Below, piece after piece: positions 57,112 through 64,000 of a stretch of 64,000 nucleotides of DNA. Origin of the DNA: Trichoplax adhaerens. Its lineage: Eukaryota > Animalia > Placozoa. How positions within the stretch are numbered: position 1 is the first letter of the stretch; each line of letters begins with the position of its first letter. Below the pieces are notes generated by a model. That model did no database searches and was not told where the DNA came from. It was given only the letters and a program-made list of their open reading frames with translations. The stretch is taken from contig NW_002060944.1 of NCBI RefSeq assembly GCF_000150275.1, positions 7,950,735 through 8,014,734 on the forward strand. Reading direction: 5' to 3'. The position numbers and the translations under genes are program-made.

Positions 57112-58056
57112 AAGGGGAGGAGAATATTATAATAGCTATAACAATCTTCAAATAACTATTAAAGCATGAAATTTATATTACCTAATTATCCTCATTAACT
57201 GATATGGTTGATATGGGAAACAAAATGATAGAGTACAGATTAATAATATTCTTCAGCATAACATTCTACATTAAATTCTTTTTTTGAGGGATTGGGAATT
57301 TTAATGGGGAAAGGAAGTTAAAATATTATTTGAGGATCGAATTCACATAAAGGTCACTTCAATGATAATGATTGTTTTCGATATCATTTAATACCGTTAC
57401 TCGGTAAATTTAGTTTAGCTTCGCTAAACTAGCACAGGAAAGTGATATTGCTTAGATAGTCTTAGTTTAATATAGGCGAAAATTTTTCAATACAATTACT
57501 TATCTATCAGAGTAAATTATTAGCTTGAATAAAGGAGGCTATTACGATTTTAATTGACAGCTAAATTACATCAAAAGATTCTACTAAAACTGTTGCTTAG
57601 GAAGGAAATTTCCTACTTTATTTTAAATGAGTTCTTCCACCTCCTATTTAATATTGTAGCTCCAGGTCAACATCAACCGTAGCTAAATATTATTTTTTAG
57701 CGTATTGAAGTAAATAGATAAAGGGAATAAATAACGATTAGTAACTTCCAAAATAATCAAAGTTTAGCAGAGCAACTTTCTTATATCCATCACTGTTTGC
57801 AATTAGTAAATTCCAGCCATTTCATAAATTGAAATTATAGAGATAGTAAACAGCACTTGGTGTAATTTAGATAATAGTTTTGTTGAAAAGCGATAAACTG
57901 CAATAACAGCAATTATTTGACGGTAGTCATTATACCATGAAAAGAATAGTTGATTTGCTTTTTACATCATAGTATTACCGGTTGCTGATGCTTACAGCGG
58001 CTTGATTACACTTGAAAAGAGAATTGGATTAGAAAAACCAAGGAAAAGAATACTCA

Positions 58057-58082
58057 ATACAGACAATAGCTATTGTCTGTAT
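58057..58082. repeat. Perfect 26-bp palindrome ATACAGACAATAGCTATTGTCTGTAT
   Basis: Exact self-reverse-complement. Confidence 0.9.
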
Positions 58083-60434
58083 GTAGAATATCACGACTTT
58101 AATTCACTTTCTATATACCCATACAATAGCCAGCCGATGAAAGCAAGAATTTTTGGAAAGATCCATTACTATGTATGAGCTAATTTCTCAGAAGCATTGA
58201 AGATGTGTTGATCAGCTTGATAAAATTTGGAATGATTCATTGGGAAAACAGAGTTAGAATCAATTTTAGAAAAATAAGTGAATGTTCTAATGTTTTCCAA
58301 GCTAAATAAACAGCATTTAACTGAAGCAGAAATCCTATAATGCTCTTTTCTCCATCCTAAAAAAGATTATTATCCTTGCTAATGCTGTCACCACTGAATA
58401 ATGTCTACTCCATTTAATAATAAGGATCGAACAGATCTAGTGCCATCAAAATTCCTATCCATAACCATCATTTCGTTTTGGATAGAAGTGAAAAGTCTAA
58501 TGGATAGATTACCCTTACATCTCCTAAATCTCTTCTAAAAATCTTGCTCAATAGCAATACTGCATAAGCATGCTATCGAGTGATAAACTTTTAAATTAAC
58601 TCTTGGGGAAGAAATATTATCCACGTTAAAGCTACCACATCTGAATAACTTCTACCGGTGCCATATCAATATCGAAGAATGATCAATCTACTAAATCCAA
58701 AGGTAGTCAAGTTTCAATGTATGGCCATTATTTGTTTTGCATAGAAAATGAAAATACACTAATAGATAGGCTACCTTTTCTGTCTCAGTATACCTTCTCG
58801 CTTAATAGTAATAATGTATATATACGTTATATACTATGGGTAATCAGCCTTTTAAATCGATTTATTAATAATGCTACCTTTGGATGGCAGCTATATTGTT
58901 AAAATCGAATTCGCTGAATGAATTTGAAAATCATGCAGTCATAGCGGATACAAAAAGTCGATTTGAGACTATTTTTATTTTAATTAGACCATCAATGTAG
59001 ACTTGCTGCGTTTATTATATACTGATCCATTAATTTTCCTTTACTTCCGATACTGATCAAAGCTACATACATGTAGCTCATGTGGATGCGAACTATGTCA
59101 TTCTTGTAGATACGCCTAATTAATAGTTTGTTAATACCACCGATAAACGAGAGAATGGCTATCAAATTGCCCTATTAACATTAGAATATGAGCTAGAAAT
59201 TGCTAGTTATAAATGAAGAATGTATTATGGTTATTAAAAATAACTAAAACAAAAATTTAATAGGAATTTTAGCTGCTTATGATCCTCGCATTTTCTATAT
59301 TACGTATATGTAAGTAATCTAAGGCAGTATCAATTTGCAATAGCCTAATATAGTCAAATTGCGACGATAAAAATGTTTGATGATTGTAATCTTAACATTA
59401 GACGCAATGGCATCGGCTCAAAAATGATGAAATTTAAGTCACCCGACAAATGCTGTTATTGAATATAACGATCATGATGGTAATGTAGGAATTGTACACA
59501 TCACCATCAATTTAATTCAGCTATAATTAACTCTACTTCCTATCGAGCTATCATCTTAAATAATGGTAGAGATGCATTTTAATCAGCTATTCAAGCTGTC
59601 ATAAATGAATGAATGATTTGATCAATACCATTTTAGCTACAACCCTGAGATCATTTGACAAATGATGTAACCGACGTTGAAAGTTTTTATATACAGTAGA
59701 CAGTCAAGTTTACCTCCAAAGATCGATTCTAGTATCATTAATGGGATCTATCTTAAAATAGACATAACGTTCTTTCAATGAATTTATTGCCTTAGTTATA
59801 ACGATAAAGGTTGTTACCCAAGTTTTATTGTTATCAAGTAGGAGTATAATATAATAATAATAAAGTTGATATTATCTTCTAGATGACTAAATTTTTTCTA
59901 GAATCCATTTTAACATGGACAGCATACATAAATGGTAGAAAGAATATTACAAGATAGGAAGATCTCTTAGCTCCAAATGTTGAATCAAGATTTCTATTTG
60001 GAAAATACGATGTAACAAATCATAATGAACGCTTAAAATAATCAAAAGTCGCATGTTTATCTTGTTAATGATTGATAGAATTTATATTTAATGATTTTTA
60101 GTGGAATAACGTAAGTAACGTCAGTTAATCTTGGTAGATTTGACTGAAAATTAGCATAAGTAGATTTACACTGATGAAATCCTTTAATAATTCTACAATT
60201 TGCTGAAANNNNNNNNNNNNNNNNNNNNNNNNNNNNNNNNNNNNNNNNNNNNNNNNNNNNNNNNNNNNNNNNNNNNNNNNNNNNNNNNNNNNNNNNNNAT
60301 TATCAATCTAATAGTAAGGAGATAGTTGACTGTACTAATTATTATCTTTATTTCTACGACGATAATACTAGATATTGAGTTGAAGAGTGTCAATATGAAA
60401 GATATAATTAAAATTGATATGTTTCTATCCTTAT

Positions 60435-60713
60435 TTAACTTGGAGTAGTCGGATCAACTAGCTGTGAGTTAAGATCAATTTTTAAATCAGGTAATTCTTC
60501 AAGCCTGTATAAGCCAAATTCGAAAATTAAATCGATTATAGTTTGATCATCGATGCTATCGGCTAGTAATTGAAAGTCTTCAAACCAACAACCATCTCGT
60601 TCGTAAAATGATTGATGAAGATGGTGATGGAGCAATAGATGATTATTATTCCTGTTCATTGAGTTCTTTCCATGACAGCTTTCATCTTCATTGGTTACAG
60701 TAAATTGAACCAT
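60435..60713 (-). CDS. CITED-like small protein (92 aa) with a CR2/CBP-p300-interacting domain
   Basis: aa 52-82 DSIDDQTIIDLIFEFGLYRLEELPDLKIDLN aligns ungapped with human CITED2 [31 protein letters not shown] (13/31 identical, recalled from memory). It has an LPDL motif, an upstream His-rich tract and an ATG start (GAAAATGG). Confidence 0.75.
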   Translation of the reverse strand: MVQFTVTNEDESCHGKNSMNRNNNHLLLHHHLHQSFYERDGCWFEDFQLLADSIDDQTIIDLIFEFGLYRLEELPDLKIDLNSQLVDPTTPS

Positions 60714-63700
60714 TTTCTCTCAAAGTTTGAAATATTGATATAATATTGAGGATAAAAAGTTTTCAATTTTTTGTGGTACACTTATTTGCTTTGTCAAGTA
60801 GGAAGCTTGAAAAGGTTTTATAACAACTTATTAATCAACTTTTAACCTATTTTTCGATCTTTTCCTTTCTCTTCTTGGCTTCACTAGCTTGCGATTTTGA
60901 TATGTCAATATCGATGATGCTCAATAGGATCAATTCTTATCACCGAGTAGAAATAGAATGGATGGGAAATATTACCAAATATAATCTTGTAATAGTATCC
61001 TTAATTTTTTTATGCCTATATATAAGGAAATTATCGAGAAATCAACTTATTAATAATATAATCTAGTAATCGATGGTAACACTGAGTAAATTTAAATTAT
61101 TATTTCAAGTAGAAGAAGTCAGCTGGACTGGAATATTAATATTTAGTCATTGTAGTTTAAGTCAAATCTAGTTCATTCCATTACTTATTGAGCTGGAGTG
61201 CAAGTGAAAATAATTTACACGGTCACGAGTTATTTATATTGTTTCCATGTGATAGAAATAAAGCAAGATTAAATAGAATAGACAAGCAAGATAGGATGTC
61301 TATATTAATCAATATTATTTCAATAATTTGAACCAATGAGAATGAGTAATAACCTAAAGTCATTTTATTTAATGTCTTTATTGGGGAGTATTATTTTATT
61401 ACGCTTCTATGTGAAAAGAATAGCTTTAGGTGTCGATTTCGATCCTAGTCGATACGCAAATGGAAATAAATTGAGCACGAGGTTGGTAATAAAATTAGGA
61501 ATCAATAAAGATTTCAATTAAATAGTCAGACAAGAATAAAATTTGATTTTGTTGTCTTGTCAAGCATTTTATAATCAAAAAAATACATAAGGATATCGGA
61601 AAGGAAGGAATGGAAAGGAAAATAGTACCGTAGTTAAAAGAGTAAAAAATCATCTTTTAGCTCTTTCTTCCTCCTTTCTTGGTATAAATTTTGTCAAAAT
61701 ATATTGCTATATTTAGCTCTTAATCCTTGGTAACAATTATACCTACGTTAGGCATGCATTGATTAACATTATCTTACCCATGGCCGTAGCCTATTTTACT
61801 TCTTTTTTCTTAATTACTTGATCATCGTCTATAACAGCATGGCGCTCTAACTATGTAATTTATTCTATTAAATCCTATTATTGACTAGCTTTATTCAAAT
61901 AGATTACAGTTGAAATTCTTCATCATCAACAATAGAATAGTATGACTGCTCTACACCCCCTGCTTGGAATAAAAGGATAATATCAATCATAGAAGGTAAC
62001 CATTTATTAATTGTTTGACTAAAATGATGATTTATCAAAGGGAATTATAAATATAGCGGCGTCGAATTGAATGCACTAAACTCAAAATGAAGGTGTAAAT
62101 AAAATTTCCCAAATTTAGATATGGATCATATCCTACATATCCCTAAAAAATTGACGTATACTCGTAGTGCAGAGAGCGAGAGAGAAAATCTATTGACATC
62201 CATACTGCGATCATAATGATAGCAGATTATATTTTGAAATCATCGAAAATGTCAAAATAAATGATTACAATATTACATCCGTATAATGAGCATCTTTTTA
62301 TCTCGTTATTCTATTCAGTTATAATTTCCAATCTTAGTAATAGTTATAGAAAATCAAGTATTAAAATAAGGTAATCATAGAAACTATATTATCTGCAAGT
62401 AAATTTAATGCATTTATCTTCGCTTAAGGGAGTTGAGCTTCAAAATTTAGAAATATTTTCAATTTTGATCAGAATGGATAGAGATGAAGAAGAAAAAAGT
62501 AGAAAATAATATTCTATAGCGCAATTGATAAGGAAATTGCTGATTATGTTGGAAAGATATTGAACTATAATGATGACATTGAAATGCTTAATGGAATGGA
62601 ATAAATACTTGGCACCATCTTTTATTATTAACTTGCATTTTATATTTGATAGCACGTTTTGGACTAATCTATCGAGTAAATAATATATTATTCTCGTCAA
62701 CAGCAGTCTATATTATATATTGTATAACGATATAGTTCATTCGATAGAAATAGATGGGATGGACATAACTTTAGTATCCATAACGATATTTTTTATAATA
62801 TATGCCTTAATAAACTGTTTAATTAGTAGATGAAATAACGTTGATAAAATGAGATGCAATCTTTGATGCAGATCTTACATGGAAAATAAAATTATACTGC
62901 TGCCTACTTAAGGTCCAATTATATATGCAAAGACATATAAGCTATAATTATCTTAATTGCAATATTATAACGACGAGGTCATGATTTATTAAGATATGAA
63001 TTTTTTATACCATCATAATGAATAGATATGAATGTCAAGGATGAATAGACATCTCAATTCATTTTCACTAGTTATTTGTAGAATTTAAAGAACAACATTA
63101 TAAGAAATAAAATATAACCAAGTTATGCCGCAAAATGATGACGTAAATCAACTTAGGAAAATAGAAAAGAAGGCGACATAGGAGGTTAATTAAAGCATCT
63201 CGTCAGCTAATAAAATCAACTTGGTCAATTAGGTTAATAATGCCTCAACTCGATGATAATGTTGAAGGAAGAAAGCCCAATGACTAGGAATATTTAAGAT
63301 ATCAAAATGTGATGATTAAAAAAACTACGCATAGATTAATCTTTGACTGTGACTGTATATATATTTAAAGTATGTACTTGTGGTAATTGAAGCTATCATT
63401 TCTCTGTTGCTATGGCTAAGCAAATAGTTTTGATCAATATAGCTATTATTATTTAAAATAGAGGACTATATCTTTCTATGTTTATATATTTCTGAAGTAT
63501 TGCATTACTAAAATCGTCATTATAATCAAGAAACGATTATAATTATCGTTACCTTAGCCTATTCTTACGACTATTGTCATGACGATAGCTAAGAGGGTAA
63601 TTTATGCCCCCAGACGAAAAAGATAATTTCAACGGCATTTAAAACAAGAGAAGCTATGATGACAATTGGATATAGCTAGGATGAATTAGAATCATGAACA

Positions 63701-64000
63701 ATAGTAAATAAAATACAAATAAATACTGTTAAACATGTCAATATCAAAAGTTAAATTAAGCTTTCCGAGACGTTGAGATTGCATGTTAACCTTATTGCTG
63801 TACTTTATATTTTATCGAGTCTAATAGAAATCAGTTGGTCGTTAATTTAATACCCATTCCTCTCTCATCTATATCTTACAATTTTATTCAGTCTTTTCAT
63901 CATCAATGATGGAGAAATAAATTAGTTAATAATGAAAAGAATAATTCATTCCCATAAACGTTCAAGCTAGTTTCCCATCTTTTAGTAACGCTATGATTTC

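Noticed and set aside
57411-57432. Hairpin TAGTTTAGC-TTC-GCTAAACTA(G) as a Helitron 3' end or terminator
   Set aside because: CTAG overlaps the stem rather than lying downstream, and there is no second copy or other element feature.
58360-58700. Imperfect ~50-90-bp repeat with RxDL-like peptides suggesting a death-effector-domain or transporter pseudogene
   Set aside because: Conflicting frames and strands give equally weak matches; cannot be supported.

Overview
AT-rich eukaryotic (metazoan) genomic DNA with short GT-AG introns. Gene content and compactness suggest a placozoan such as Trichoplax; this is an inference, not proven. The left 38 kb is gene-dense. It holds two BTB-BACK-Kelch genes plus a pseudogene fragment, SH3BP5-like (-, 8 exons), SHPRH (+, about 30 exons), TMUB-like (-, 2 exons) and a two-RRM hnRNP/DAZAP1/Musashi-class RNA-binding gene (+) with a 16-nt start micro-exon. 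The next ~22 kb has no recognisable intact gene, only transposon-like relics and duplications. It ends at a 92-aa single-exon ORF (60435-60713, -) whose C-terminal half aligns without gaps to the CBP/p300-binding CR2 domain of vertebrate CITED proteins, including an LPxL motif; this is the most notable find. A 631-bp solo LTR (TG...CA, perfect 5-bp TSD) lies at 4841-5471. A near-identical partial copy at 56733-56931 sits beside its apparent empty site, suggesting a recently active, polymorphic LTR family.
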